64,000 bases of DNA from Chloropicon primus (Eukaryota), in the NCBI GenBank assembly GCA_023205875.1, contig CP060768.1, positions 434,001-498,000 on the forward strand, given 5' to 3'. Each line of letters opens with the position of its first letter. Position 1 is the stretch's first letter. Below, piece by piece: positions 53,413 to 64,000 of the stretch. The notes under the pieces are model-generated. The model ran no database searches. It saw nothing but the letters and a program-made list of their open reading frames with translations, and was not told the origin of the DNA. Position numbers and translations under genes: made by a program.

Positions 53413-54816
53413 ATGGCAGCAGCAGCAGCAAAGACGACGACGACGACGACGACGACGAAGGCGCCGCGGCCCTCCTTCCTCGGAAGGAGGAGGAGTTGCC
53501 CTCCGTCCCGCTGCCCCCAGGTGCTTCGGAGCAGCAAAGACGACGACGGCGGCGACGCCACCTCCTCGAACTCGAACGGGAGTTTCCTCCGCCGGGGTCT
53601 GTGGGCCAAGGTGGTGGCCCCGGCCGCCGCGGCCCTCACGGTGGCGCTGTCCCCAATCCCCAGCAGCGTGGTGCCCGAGCTCCTGGGTCCGGGGTCGGCG
53701 ACCAACGCGGCCCTCGCAGCCCTGCCGGCCTCCAACCCGAACACTGACGGCAGGGCGATCCTGAGGTACGCGCTGCCCATCAACAACCAGAACCCGATCA
53801 GGCAGGTCCAGAAGAGCATGGAGGCCATCTCCGCGGCCCTGCGCGTGCCTGGCGTCAAGTTCTCGGACGTCTCCAAATCCATCAGGAGGTCCAAGAAGGT
53901 CGTCAACAGCGACAAGGACAGGAGGGCCATCCTGGCGGAGGTGACCAACCCGGGCAGGAGGTCGGACGCCGCCTCCAAGCTCTCCGAGATCTCCTCCATG
54001 CTGAGCGACTTTGAGCAGGTCGTGGAGAAGAAGGACAAGCAGGAGGTCCCCGTCCTGCAGCAGAAGATCTTGAGGCTGGTGGGGGAGATTGAGGAGGAGA
54101 TGGTGCCGGCCTTCCCCTACGAGGTGCCCGGGGACTACTCCAACCTGCCGCAGCTCAAGGGGAGGGCGACGCTGGAGCTCAAGATGAAGCTCAAGGACCC
54201 CGCCCAGAGGTCGTTGGACTACGACCACTTCTCCATGACGATGGTGGTGGACGGCTACAACGCTCCCGTCACGAGCGGGAACTTTGTGGACCTGGTGAGG
54301 AGGAAGTTCTACGACGGGATGGAGATCCAGAGGAGCGACGGGTTCGTGGTCCAGACCGGGGACCCGAGCGGCCAGGCCGAGGGGTTCATCGACCCCTCCA
54401 CGGGCGAGATCAGGCGCATCCCCTTCGAGGTCATGGTGGACAACGACAAGGAGAGCACCCCGGTCTACGAGGAGACCTTGGAGGAGTTGGGCAGGTCGAA
54501 CGAGCAGCCCGTCCTGCCCTTCAACGCTTTCGGGACCATGGCCATGGCAAGGAGCGAGTTCGAGCCAAACTCCGGCTCGAGCCAGTTCTTCTTCCTGCTG
54601 AGGGACAGCGAGCTCACGCCAACCGGGTCGAACTTGCTGGACGGAAGGTACGCCGTCTTCGGGTACGTCACCGAGGGGAAGGACTTTCTGGACGGGCTCA
54701 AGGTGGGTGACGTCATCGAGAGCATCAGGCTCGTCAAGGGGGAGGAGAACCTCGTGACAAACGCCAGGCCACCGACGGCGGCGGTGGAACAAGAGCAGGT
54801 CGTGGCGGAGGAGTAA
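53413..54816 (+). CDS. CYP38: Thylakoid lumen cyclophilin CYP38/TLP40
   Basis: AILRYALPINN, LPQLKGRAT, DGYNAPVTSGNF, LPFNAFGTMAMAR, LDGRYAVFGYV. Confidence 0.93.
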   Translation: MAAAAAKTTTTTTTTKAPRPSFLGRRRSCPPSRCPQVLRSSKDDDGGDATSSNSNGSFLRRGLWAKVVAPAAAALTVALSPIPSSVVPELLGPGSATNAALAALPASNPNTDGRAILRYALPINNQNPIRQVQKSMEAISAALRVPGVKFSDVSKSIRRSKKVVNSDKDRRAILAEVTNPGRRSDAASKLSEISSMLSDFEQVVEKKDKQEVPVLQQKILRLVGEIEEEMVPAFPYEVPGDYSNLPQLKGRATLELKMKLKDPAQRSLDYDHFSMTMVVDGYNAPVTSGNFVDLVRRKFYDGMEIQRSDGFVVQTGDPSGQAEGFIDPSTGEIRRIPFEVMVDNDKESTPVYEETLEELGRSNEQPVLPFNAFGTMAMARSEFEPNSGSSQFFFLLRDSELTPTGSNLLDGRYAVFGYVTEGKDFLDGLKVGDVIESIRLVKGEENLVTNARPPTAAVEQEQVVAEE

Positions 54817-55268
54817 AGGAGAAGAATTTTGGGGGAAGGAGGGGCCGGGGGAATACTACTTTGAATGGTGGGTGGGTGGTCCGATACGATACTCAAGATG
54901 CAGGAGGGAGCTTGAGAGTCAAAGTCAAAAGAGAGATCCAGGCCAACAACAAGTTGCATGCGTCGATTGGCGACGACGACGACGACAGCAGCGACGGCGG
55001 CGGCTTACTATAGTAACGAAAAGAAGCAAAGCAGATCAAGTTTAAAGTCTTTAATAAGCAGGAAAACAATAAGCAGGAACGACGACAGGAGATCGATCCG
55101 TCCGTCCATAATGCAGCGTGCAGCGATGGCTAAAAGAACAAGAAGAAGAAGAGGAGGAAGAAATCATCTCGATCCCCATCTCTCTCTCTTCTGCCGTTAC
55201 CTCCTCGACCCGGTCTCCTTTGTTGTTGGTGTTGGTGATCCCTCGGGCAAGAGAGAAGGAGAGAGAGG

Positions 55269-57346
55269 ATGGCGATGGCTGCCAAGATGGCGATGGGAGG
55301 AGGGGAAGAGGGAGAGAAGGAGAGGTTCTGGAGCGAGACGAGGCTGGACGGGAACCTTCACTTGTACCGGGGGACGCTGAGGGATGCCAAGGAAGGGACG
55401 ACGGGGGTGGACGTGGAGAGCACTTGGAGGGAACTCGAGGCGAAGCGACCCAAGGAAGAAAGTGGGTGCCAGACAGAAGGCGTGAGCCACGGGGAGCAGG
55501 GGACTCAGGCGGTGGAGAGGAGGGAGGAGGGGACGATGATGACGGAGGACCTCGGCCAAGCGAGGGAGGGGAAGGAGAATCAGGAGAGCGCGGACGCCAC
55601 GGTTTTGGCGCGAAAGATCTCAGACCGGCTCGACAGGAACGAATCCAAGGACGAGGACATCGCTCCCTTCCTGGAGAGGATTTCGCCCCTGATGCTGGAC
55701 GAGCTGGAGAACAACGCCGAGTCCACGGCCTTCTCCTTCCGGCGAACCGCCGTGAACGATCGCGACACCACGGTGGACCTGCAGCACGTCCTCGAGCCCA
55801 AGCTGCCACCCTCCAGGACGACGACGACGAAGGGCGGCCAGGGCAGCAATAACCCCCACGGGTTGGAGGTGACGCAGCTGAGCTGGAACTGCACGGGGTA
55901 CGCCCTTGCGGCGTCTTACGGGAGCTTCAAGGTGTCCGGCTGGTGCGACCTTCCTGGGGCTCTCCTGGTGTGGAACCTCGGGACGAGGAGGAGCAAGGAC
56001 GATAAGGGGAGCAAGGACGACAAGGGGAGCAAGGGCAAGGGGTCCTCCAGGAAGTCCAAGGAGACCGCGGGCGGGGGGGAGAGGGAGCGGAGGTTCAAGC
56101 TTCCGGAGACGAACGTCCACCTCCCCGACGTCGTGATAGAGACGGACGTGTGCCTCCAGTGCTGCGCGTGCCACCCGAACCACCCGGCCCTGGTGGCCGC
56201 CGGGAGCTACTCTGGGGAGGTGTACGTGTGGAACATCTCGTCCACGGACTCGTTCGCCTCGGACTCGGAGATCGCGAGGACGAGAATCACGGCGAGGTCC
56301 CACCACGACCCCGTGGTGTCCGTGGCCTGGAGGTACAACATGCTGACGACGTCGGGGGCGAGGCACAAGCAGGAGGAGGCCTACCAGCTCGTCTCCCTCG
56401 GCATGGACGGCAAGGTCCTCGTCTGGCAGTGGCACAAGGGCGGGACTTTGGACGCCCCGCTCTTTGGCTACGAGCTGGTGTACGCCAACCCCAAGACGCA
56501 CAAGATCATCACGTGGGGGGGCACGTGCTTGTCCTTCCAGCAGCAGCAGCAGCAGCAGGCGGCCCTTACCTTTGTGGTCGGCACGGAGGGCGGGGGGATC
56601 TTCCGGTGCCTCATGGACGCCGAGGTGAGCAATCCCGAGGACGCTTACAGGAGCCCCATCAAGGCGGACTTTGACCAGCACGCGGGGATGACCACCTCGG
56701 TGGCCACCTCCCCTTTCCACCGGGCCCTCTTCGCAACCTGCGGCAGCGACTCTGTCGTCAAGCTCTTCTCTGCGTTGGAGAAGAGGCCCGTCCTGGAGTT
56801 GGAGCCCACCTGCCTCGGCCTCTTCAGCTTGTGCTGGTCGCCCGTGCGCCCGATGGTCTTTGCGGCGGGAACCGGGGACGGGAGGGTGTTTTTCTACGAC
56901 CTCGCGGCCTCCAAGGTCCACCCCATCAAGGTCTTGACCTTGATTGGTGGTGGTGGTGGTGGTGGTGGGATTATAAGTGGTGGTGATATAAGTGGTGGTG
57001 ACAGCGAGGAGGAGGGAGGGGGAAGAGGGGGAGGAGGAGGGCGTCAGCAGCAGCCCGTCTTCTCGGTCCAGTTCAATCCCAAGGTGAGTAGTAGTAGTAA
57101 TATTGGGAGAGAGAGAGAGAATGATTGATTGAGAGAGAATGAGAGAATGTGTTGTAGAGTGGTAGAGTCTGACGACGAGATGCTCCTTTCCTTTTCTCCA
57201 CTCCCAACCAGCTCTCTTCATACTTGGCCACGAGCCACGGCGACTGCGTCAGGATATGGGAGATGGGCCCCCAGCTGACGGAGAGCCCGCCCGGGGAGAG
57301 GGAGATGATGGAGGTGACCCTCATCCAAAGCCGAGCGGGGAAGTGA
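55269..57346 (+). CDS. WDR34: Dynein-2 intermediate chain WDR34/FAP133-like WD40 protein; intron 57084-57211
   Basis: LSWNCTGYALAASYG...WC...VWNL, HHDPV, DGKVLVW, FVVGTEGG, SPFHRALF, WSPVRPMVFA. Confidence 0.78.
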
Positions 57347-57509
57347 AAGTAAGAGAGAAGGAAAGAGAAGATGGCGACCTATTTATTTTTATAAATACTA
57401 CTACAGCAGTATAAAAGATGAAAAGGGAAGAAGAAGACGAAGAAGAAGAAGAAGTCCAGCAAAGCCCATTCATTCATTCATCGATTCATTCCTCTTGTTC
57501 TTCTTCTTC

Positions 57510-58148
57510 CTACTCGTTGTCGTTGTCGCCTCCGGCGGTCCTTTGGCGCTTGGCCTGGCCCCCCTCCATCTCCTCCTGCTCCTCCTTGGCCGCCAGGGCC
57601 TCGGTCTCCCCGAGGGCGCCGTAGCCTCCCCTCCCCTCGTCGTAGTCCAACCTGTACTCGTCCCTCACCTGTCCGCCGCTCTTTCCCCTGCCGTACTGCC
57701 TCCCCTCCTGGAAGCCCCAGTCGATGTCCACACGGATAGGTCGGTCGTCCAAGATCCTGCCACTGACCCAAGCCACCGCCTGCTCCGCGGCCCTCCTCGT
57801 GTGAAACTCCACGAAGCAGAAACCGCAAGGCGTCTTGGTCTCCCTGTTCAGGCCCATGGTGATCTTCTTCACCGCGTGGGGCTTGGACGCCCCGCTCGCT
57901 TGGCAGAACAGCTCCCAAATCTGCTCCTCCGTCGTGAAAAAACTCAGGTTGCCCACGTACACCGTCGTGCTCGTGTTCAGGGCATGCTCGTACTCCATCC
58001 CCGTCCCACGGAACTGCCTGTCCCTGTAGTTGGACCGCTTCACCAGCTTGGCGTACGTCAGCGACGTCACCGGCACGATCGAAGACGCGTCCCGCTCGCA
58101 CACCTGAGACACCACGCCATGCTTCAGCCCCGCCATCGCCGTCGCCAT
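57510..58148 (-). CDS. NCBP2: Nuclear cap-binding protein subunit 2 (CBP20)
   Basis: [47 protein letters not shown]. Confidence 0.96.
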   Translation of the reverse strand: MATAMAGLKHGVVSQVCERDASSIVPVTSLTYAKLVKRSNYRDRQFRGTGMEYEHALNTSTTVYVGNLSFFTTEEQIWELFCQASGASKPHAVKKITMGLNRETKTPCGFCFVEFHTRRAAEQAVAWVSGRILDDRPIRVDIDWGFQEGRQYGRGKSGGQVRDEYRLDYDEGRGGYGALGETEALAAKEEQEEMEGGQAKRQRTAGGDNDNE

Positions 58149-58399
58149 CTTCAAACAAGGTTTAGGTTAGGTTCCGCCCGCCCGTATGTCTGTCTGTCTG
58201 TCTGTCTGTCTGTCTGAGGAGCGAAGAGGGAGAGAGGGATGCAGAGCGGACGCCTTGCTCTTCCCAGCGCTGTGATCACTTTGCGTTCGCGCGTTCGCGT
58301 TCGCGTTCGCGTTCGCGTTTGCGATCGATCGCTTTGCGGTTTTTGCTTTGTTTTTGTTTTCTTGCTCTTTCTCTTCTGGTGATTTCTCCCTTCCGCTGA

Positions 58400-59072
58400 A
58401 CCATCATAACGGGCGAGCACGAGGGCGAACCAGGAGGGGAACGGGAACGAGAGAGAGAGAAACGAAGAGGACGGGAGCGCGAGGAGGAGGAAGTGGTGAG
58501 GATCTGACGACGACACGAAACGAGAGAGAGAGGCAGAAAGAGATCGAGGAGGAGACCACCGAGGAGGGGAGGCGCAAGAGGCAGAGGACGGAGCCCAAAC
58601 ACGCACTGGATTTGCTGCCAGGGAGTGCGTGGCTCCTGGTTTTGAAGAAGCTGAGCCCCCACGACCAACTTGCTTTCGGGTTGACCTGCAAGGCGTTCCT
58701 CGAGGCGGTGACGGCGACGGCGAGCCCCAAGTGGAAGAAGAAGGCTCTTCCTCTGAGGACGGACCTGAGACGTGAAACATTGTTCGAGGAGATGCCTAGC
58801 TTCAGCATGGGCTGGTTCCAGTGGGTGGCGAGCCAAGGGAACCCTTTGGATATTAAAGGTGTGAACTTTGGCGTGGTAGGATGTTCAGGCGAACCGCATG
58901 AGTGCCGGGCACGCTTGTTCTGGTGCAGCTGAAGGAGGTCGCCTTGATGTTCTCAAGTGGGCTCGAAGTCAGGATCCGTCTTGTGATTGGGACCAGTGGG
59001 TTGCGTAGAATCTTCAGAGGAGAACGGTAACGATGACATCGCCGACGCCGACTGGATCGAGGCGAACCGATG
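58400..59072 (+). pseudogene. Degenerate F-box-like/ankyrin-repeat family gene
   Basis: LDLLPGSAWLLVLKKL...DQLAFGLTCKAF (F-box-like), then an out-of-frame AAEGGRLDVLKWARSQDPSCDWD with a stop. Confidence 0.65.
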
Positions 59073-59195
59073 AAGGTGCCACTCGGGCTCGTTCCAAACC
59101 AGGTTGCTTCAAAGGTAGTTCTAGGTTTGAGTGTGACCTCGTGCTATCTTGGCTTTGATTAAGGAAATAGCGAACTTTTGTCCCATGGACGTTCT

Positions 59196-60419
59196 ATGGC
59201 GATGGCAGGTGGTTCGTGTTCTTCCCGTCAGAGCAGGCGGAGGTCGAGCAGGCGGAGGTCGAGGTCTCCTGACGTTGGCGCGATGGGCAAGCTGTTCCGG
59301 GACGCGTCGAGGGGCGTGCGGTATGCGTACATCGGGAAGACGACGGTGAAGGCTGGCGAGTCCGCGTTGTTATTCACGCTCGGCGGGAAGAGCCGCGTCG
59401 TGGAGGGCCCGAGGCGCTTGCGGGTGTTTTGCACAACGATACGGTTCCTGGACCGGTTTGTCGCGAACACGCACGAGTACTTGAGAATACAGATGCGGTC
59501 CGGCGAGATTTCGCACATGCGAGGACCATGCACCATGTACCTCAACCCGTGCGTCCACGAGTCCGTTGACGTCCTGAGCGCCGAGAAGCTCGCGGACAAA
59601 GAGGCGATAGTCGTCTACTCATCCGACAGCGCCAAGGCGAGCACGGTGTCGCGACGGGTCGTCGTCGGCCCCCAGCTCTTCGTGCCGGACCCCCACGAGT
59701 GGCTGCACGAGTTCGCATGGACGAGTGGTGCTGCCGAGGCGGGTATGGAAGAGTCGAGGACGGTGGTCTCGCTGCGCCGGGAGGTCTTGCGCGCCTCAGT
59801 CCAGTCCGCCCAAACGGCTTCGGGAGACAGCGTCAGCTTGGATCTCGAGCTGACCTACCAGCTTGACGCGAGCGCGGTGGCAGTTGTGCTGGATCAGACG
59901 TGCGACCCCGTTGCTGAGCTCTCCGCCGCTCTGAAGTCTGACGCGTTGGCGGCATGCAAGAGCATGTGCGTCAAGGACGCGGTGGGAGCCACGAACCCGC
60001 TCGGTAACCTCGACATTTACAAGCAGACGAAGGCATTGGCAGCCCAACTCGGATTTTCGCTTCAAGGGCTGCGCTGCTCGGCCTCGGACACCGCTAGCGC
60101 GAAGACGGAGGCGGAGGCGAGGAAGGCGAACGCTGCGATTGAGCACAGCCGGCGCATGGCTGAGCAGCGGCTCGCAGAGGAGGAGATTAAGCTGCAGAGC
60201 GAGACGCGCAGCTCTGAGCAGCGGCGGGAGCTGAGGCGAAAAGAGCACGAATTTGAGATGTCCATCACGAAGCAGCGGACGGATCAGGAGATTGAGAAGC
60301 TGACCAAGCTGCGCGAGCTCGGCGTGGATCTCACTGCATTCCTCACGGCGCAGCGAGGAGAATGCATAAGCAACACGGCGAGGAGAATGCATAAGCAACA
60401 CGGCGAGGAGAATGCATAA
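59196..60419 (+). CDS. Major-vault-protein-repeat-like / SPFH-like protein with a C-terminal coiled coil
   Basis: Three beta repeats ending in GP motifs (VVEGPRR, HMRGPCT, VVVGPQLFVP), an SPFH-like TASGDSVSLDLELTYQL...DPVAEL segment, a coiled coil and LGVDLTAFL. Confidence 0.55.
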   Translation: MAMAGGSCSSRQSRRRSSRRRSRSPDVGAMGKLFRDASRGVRYAYIGKTTVKAGESALLFTLGGKSRVVEGPRRLRVFCTTIRFLDRFVANTHEYLRIQMRSGEISHMRGPCTMYLNPCVHESVDVLSAEKLADKEAIVVYSSDSAKASTVSRRVVVGPQLFVPDPHEWLHEFAWTSGAAEAGMEESRTVVSLRREVLRASVQSAQTASGDSVSLDLELTYQLDASAVAVVLDQTCDPVAELSAALKSDALAACKSMCVKDAVGATNPLGNLDIYKQTKALAAQLGFSLQGLRCSASDTASAKTEAEARKANAAIEHSRRMAEQRLAEEEIKLQSETRSSEQRRELRRKEHEFEMSITKQRTDQEIEKLTKLRELGVDLTAFLTAQRGECISNTARRMHKQHGEENA

Positions 60420-60473
60420 GCAACACGGCGAGGAGAATGCATAGCAACACGGCGAGGAGAATGCATAGCAACA
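60353..60473 (+). repeat. Tandem minisatellite, ~5 copies of 24-25 bp
   Basis: GCGAGGAGAATGCATA(A)GCAACACG head-to-tail with no spacers. Confidence 0.95.
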
Positions 60474-60815
60474 GAACTCAATTCCAACAACCTTAGTAGG
60501 CGGCCTTAATGTGTGTGTGACTTGTCATTCTCTGTCCCTCTCGCTTTTCTCTCTCTCTCTCTCTCTCTTCTGCTCGAGGGCCTGGATGGATTTTCCCGCG
60601 CGATTTCAGAGGAGAAGAAGAAGAAGAACCCGAAAGCGATCGATCGATCGATCGGAGAGACAGAGAGGCCAAGGGTCAGGGGGCTACGCGACAGGAGCCC
60701 ACGCACGTCACGGTCGAGGTCGAGGTCGAGGTCGGAGACCGTTTCGTTTCGTTTCGTTTCGTTTCGTTCCGTTTTTGTTTTTTTTTTCAGAGGGGATTGC
60801 GGTTTTTGTGAGGGG

Positions 60816-62341
60816 ATGGTCGGGATGGAGGACGTGCAGGCTGCGAAGCGTTTGAAGTTGGGGGGGGAGGCGGAGGGGGAGGACCCTTACGTGGTGCCGG
60901 CGGAGGACGTCATGAGGCTGACTCTCGTGGACAGGCCGGAGGACGTGCTCGCCGAGAGGGAGCAGAGCGAATGGTTCTGCCCAGCCTTCACGCACCAGGT
61001 AGGAGAGAGATCGACGAAAGCTATCAAACCTCTGCCTCTTTTCCTTTGAGTCTGACGCGCCGAACTTCTCTTCTCTTCTTGACGCGCACGACGCACAAAG
61101 GTGTTCGGTCAGGACGAGGTGGTCCGCGGGTACGAGGACTGCGAGGTCCTGGTGTACCTGCACGCCTCGACCATGCACGCCTTTGTGAAGATCTCCCTCA
61201 AGGGCAAGCAGGAGGGGGCGGACGACATCCCTCACCTCCTGGACGAGAACCTGGGGCTGCAGTAGTAAGTGGTGGAGAGAGCCGCGGGATACTGAAACAC
61301 GTGTTTGATGCTGACCTTCGACCTTTCTTCTTCTCTCTCAGCACGTGCGATCCGCAGGAGTTCGCCAAGCGCGTCAAGGACACGGAGCAGGCGCTGCGGA
61401 CGGCGCTCGAGGGCGCGAGGACCGGGCCGGCCGCAGACTGCGAGATCGTGAGCTTCAAGCCGTGGGAGAACGCCGCCCTCAGGGAGCTCCACGACCGCCT
61501 CCAGGCGATGCCCCTGCTGTACGTGGACGGGGCGAACTACATCGACAACACGGACCCCAGGTGGGAGATCTACTTGGCCCTCCGGGGCGGCCGGGTGGCG
61601 GGCTTCGCCACCGTGTACGGCTTCTACGCGTACCCCGCCCGCAAGAGGCTTAGGCTGAGCCAGATCCTGGTCTTCCCCCCCCACAGGAGGCAGGGCGTGG
61701 CCTCGGGGATCCTCGGCAGGATCTACGAGGACGCCTCGGCCCGGGGGGCCCTGGACCTCACCGTGGAGGACCCGAGCGAGGAGTTCCAGCTCCTGAGGGA
61801 GGGCCTGGACGCCAAGCGCCTCGAGGAGGGCGGGCGCGGTTACTACGTCGGCTTCGTGGACGAGGCCCTGAGGAAGGGGAAGGCGATGCTCGATAACGGC
61901 ATGAGGGCGGAGACCCTTTTACTGCCCAGCAAGGAGGTGTACAAGAGGGCGGAGACCGACCTGAAGATCCACCGGGCCCAGCTCCGCAGGGTGTGGGAGA
62001 TCGTCCTGCTGAGGCGGATGAGAAGGAGCGGGGGGTGGGAGAACGCCGAGGACGTGGTGAGGCAGCTGGTTTGGGTGAGGCTGTCGAACGTTGTGGGGGA
62101 GAAGAAGCTTGAGGAGAGGAGCAGGGGGAAAGAAGTCGTGGAGTTGAATAAGGGGGCGGAGGGGGCTGGGGGGAATTTTATCATGACGAGGTGCGGAGGA
62201 GGAGGTGGTGGTGGGTTGTTGGGGGGGAGAGAGTGGAGGAAGGGGAAGATGGAGGAGGGAGAAGGGAGGATGGAGGAGATGGAGGAGATGGATGCAGAGA
62301 GAGTGAGGGAGAGGATGAGGAAGGTGGTGGTGTTAGGGTGA
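60816..62341 (+). CDS. HAT1: Histone acetyltransferase type B catalytic subunit; introns 60999-61100 and 61265-61341
   Basis: FCPAFTHQ/VFGQDEVVRGY, LLYVDGANYID, GFATVYGFY, RLRLSQILVFPPHRRQG, LTVEDPSEEFQ. Confidence 0.9.
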
Positions 62342-62470
62342 GGTCGGTTTAATAAGGGGGGGGCGGGGGGGTAATAATAATGAGGATGATGATGAAATTG
62401 GTTAGGGTTTTCGTGGTTTTCGTGGTTTTCGTGGTTTTAGGATTGGTGGTGGTTTTAGGATTTTAGGGGA
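62332..62470 (+). repeat. Degenerate telomere-like TTAGG(G)/GGTTTTCGT repeats
   Basis: GTTAGGGTTTTCGTGGTTTTCGTGGTTTTCGTGGTTTTAGGATTGG...TTTTAGGATTTTAGGGG. Confidence 0.6.
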
Positions 62471-62855
62471 GAGGATGATGAGAAGGGGGGGAGGAAGCGG
62501 TCACAAGCGGTCGCTGTCATCATCGGAACGGTTCCAGTCTCCGTCAGCGTCAGCGTAGTTTCCCTCACCCTCCTCTCAGGACTTCCAATAGTCCTGGCGG
62601 TTCCAATCGGTAACGATGTCCTCGCAGAGCTCCATGAACCTCGCTGTTTGCTCGGCAGACCAACGATTGATGGGGTCTGCGTCGTTGCTGGGTCGTCGAA
62701 CTTGCGCTGGCTTCTTCTTCTTGACCTCGGCCATGTACTTGGCCTTCAATGCTTTTCGGCTTGGGATATAATCTTCCTTCTCGAAAAGTTCGTGCTCCGC
62801 CAACCATTCCTCCCGCAAAGATATCCAATGGCCCTGGCTTCGAGCCCACTGAGTT

Positions 62856-64000
62856 TTAGATCTCCTTCTCCGACTCCTCCCCTGGTTTCGCTTGCTCCGT
62901 ATTCACCTCGCTATTGTTCTCAAGCATCATGAGTATCATGTTGACGAGCATTGGATGCCGGATCACTACCTCTTCGGCCTTTCTGTTCTCGGACTCCAGC
63001 CGGCGGGAGCCAACGTTCACGCCGCCTCCTTCTGCGTTCTCCTCGTACCCCTTGCCGATTTTGCAATCGTTATGACTGCAGGACAAGCACCTCAAGCCCC
63101 TTGAACCCTTGGTTGGGATCAAGGGGATCGAGGGGATCTTCTCGATCAAGGCTTTCTCGGACTCAGGTTTCTTTGTACACGGAACACAAAACCAGAAGCC
63201 AATCGTGTTCTTCAGTTGTGTCATGCCAATTTCCTTGCTCATGTCCCAAAGCTCCTTCTTGTCCACGAACTTCGTGGCTTTCAAGAAGCAACCGAACGAG
63301 CACCACTGGCTGAATTCGCTTTTCGTGATCAAGCGGTGGCAGTACCAGCACCAGTCCGAGAGGAGGCAATCGGGATTGTGCCCAGCTCGATCACGTTCCT
63401 CCCCAGGAACCGGGGTCAGAGCTCCTGTTTTGACCAAGGGGCACTCAGCGTGGCCAAGATAATCACAGCAAACGCAGGGCAGGGCTTGCATACCGTCTGT
63501 AGTAGGAACTTGAGGAAACTCCTTCATCGGCTCCCTTGCTTTGGTCTTCCTCTTCCCTTTCGTGTTGGTCTTGGCCTGTGTCTTCCTTTTCGTGCCAGTG
63601 CTCAAGGGACTGCTGCTGCAAGGTCCACAGGGACATGCGGCGGCATCGAATTTGCGAAGCTCTCTCTCCCTCTCCCCGCCGTCCTCGGCGTCGCTGTCCA
63701 CCAGAATGCAAGGACGACTCCTCTTGCACATGTCACAACCACAAATGCATCGAGTATGTGCTGGAGCGGTGTTCGCGGTGCCTGTTGTCCTGGACGACTT
63801 GCGAGAGCATTTACCAGCGCAGGGGCATTCGAAGAAATCTTTTTGAGTCACAGAGATCGCGGTTTCTGGGAAACATTCATTCTCAAACACGACATCGACA
63901 TGTTCTCCCTTTAGTGCATCCGCAAAGTACTCAAAGACTCTGCTCAATGCGTCTTCATCCAAGCCGTGTCCATCACGGTTTTCAAACAACTCGTCCCTCA
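62856..64000 (-). CDS. Second copy of the double-serine-recombinase/Cys-rich gene (3' part only; continues beyond the window)
   Basis: Near-identical to 32039-33107 over ~1.07 kb, with a different C-terminus. Confidence 0.85.
   Translation of the reverse strand, partial: RDELFENRDGHGLDEDALSRVFEYFADALKGEHVDVVFENECFPETAISVTQKDFFECPCAGKCSRKSSRTTGTANTAPAHTRCICGCDMCKRSRPCILVDSDAEDGGERERELRKFDAAACPCGPCSSSPLSTGTKRKTQAKTNTKGKRKTKAREPMKEFPQVPTTDGMQALPCVCCDYLGHAECPLVKTGALTPVPGEERDRAGHNPDCLLSDWCWYCHRLITKSEFSQWCSFGCFLKATKFVDKKELWDMSKEIGMTQLKNTIGFWFCVPCTKKPESEKALIEKIPSIPLIPTKGSRGLRCLSCSHNDCKIGKGYEENAEGGGVNVGSRRLESENRKAEEVVIRHPMLVNMILMMLENNSEVNTEQAKPGEESEKEI

Noticed and set aside
60353..60473. 25-bp repeats as a CRISPR array
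   Set aside because: Units are head-to-tail with no unique spacers, no cas genes are present, and the context is eukaryotic.

Overview
A gene-dense window from a compact eukaryotic green-algal nuclear genome. It has high GC, few short GT-AG introns rich in microsatellites, and plastid-targeted genes; a Chloropicon-like prasinophyte is my inference, not demonstrated. About 25 host genes are present, mostly housekeeping, including AP4S1, PKA-C, NOL12, SRPRB, plastid PDH-E1beta, eIF3h, GLE1, importin-5, SDHAF4, AP4B1, HisHF, RRP45, a MYB factor, CYP38, WDR34, CBP20 and HAT1. Mobile DNA sits among them. (i) A Fanzor2/IS607-type TnpB RNA-guided nuclease gene at 1755-3347 with intact RuvC and zinc-finger motifs, followed by a structured omegaRNA scaffold. 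(ii) A second, inverted, 5'-truncated Fanzor copy at 31250-31632 that keeps the whole scaffold, with compensatory base changes that define the RNA fold and the guide junction. (iii) Upstream of that copy in the same orientation, and just downstream of an intron-containing tRNA-Asn, a spliced gene apparently encoding TWO tandem serine-recombinase catalytic domains plus Cys-rich zinc-finger modules. A second copy of this gene runs off the right edge of the window, and both copies lie near degenerate telomere-like CCTAA repeats. Other unusual items are a cutinase/PETase-like hydrolase-CAP fusion, a vault/SPFH-like gene and a densely structured non-coding block beside the tRNA. All calls come from motif reading by eye; no searches were run.
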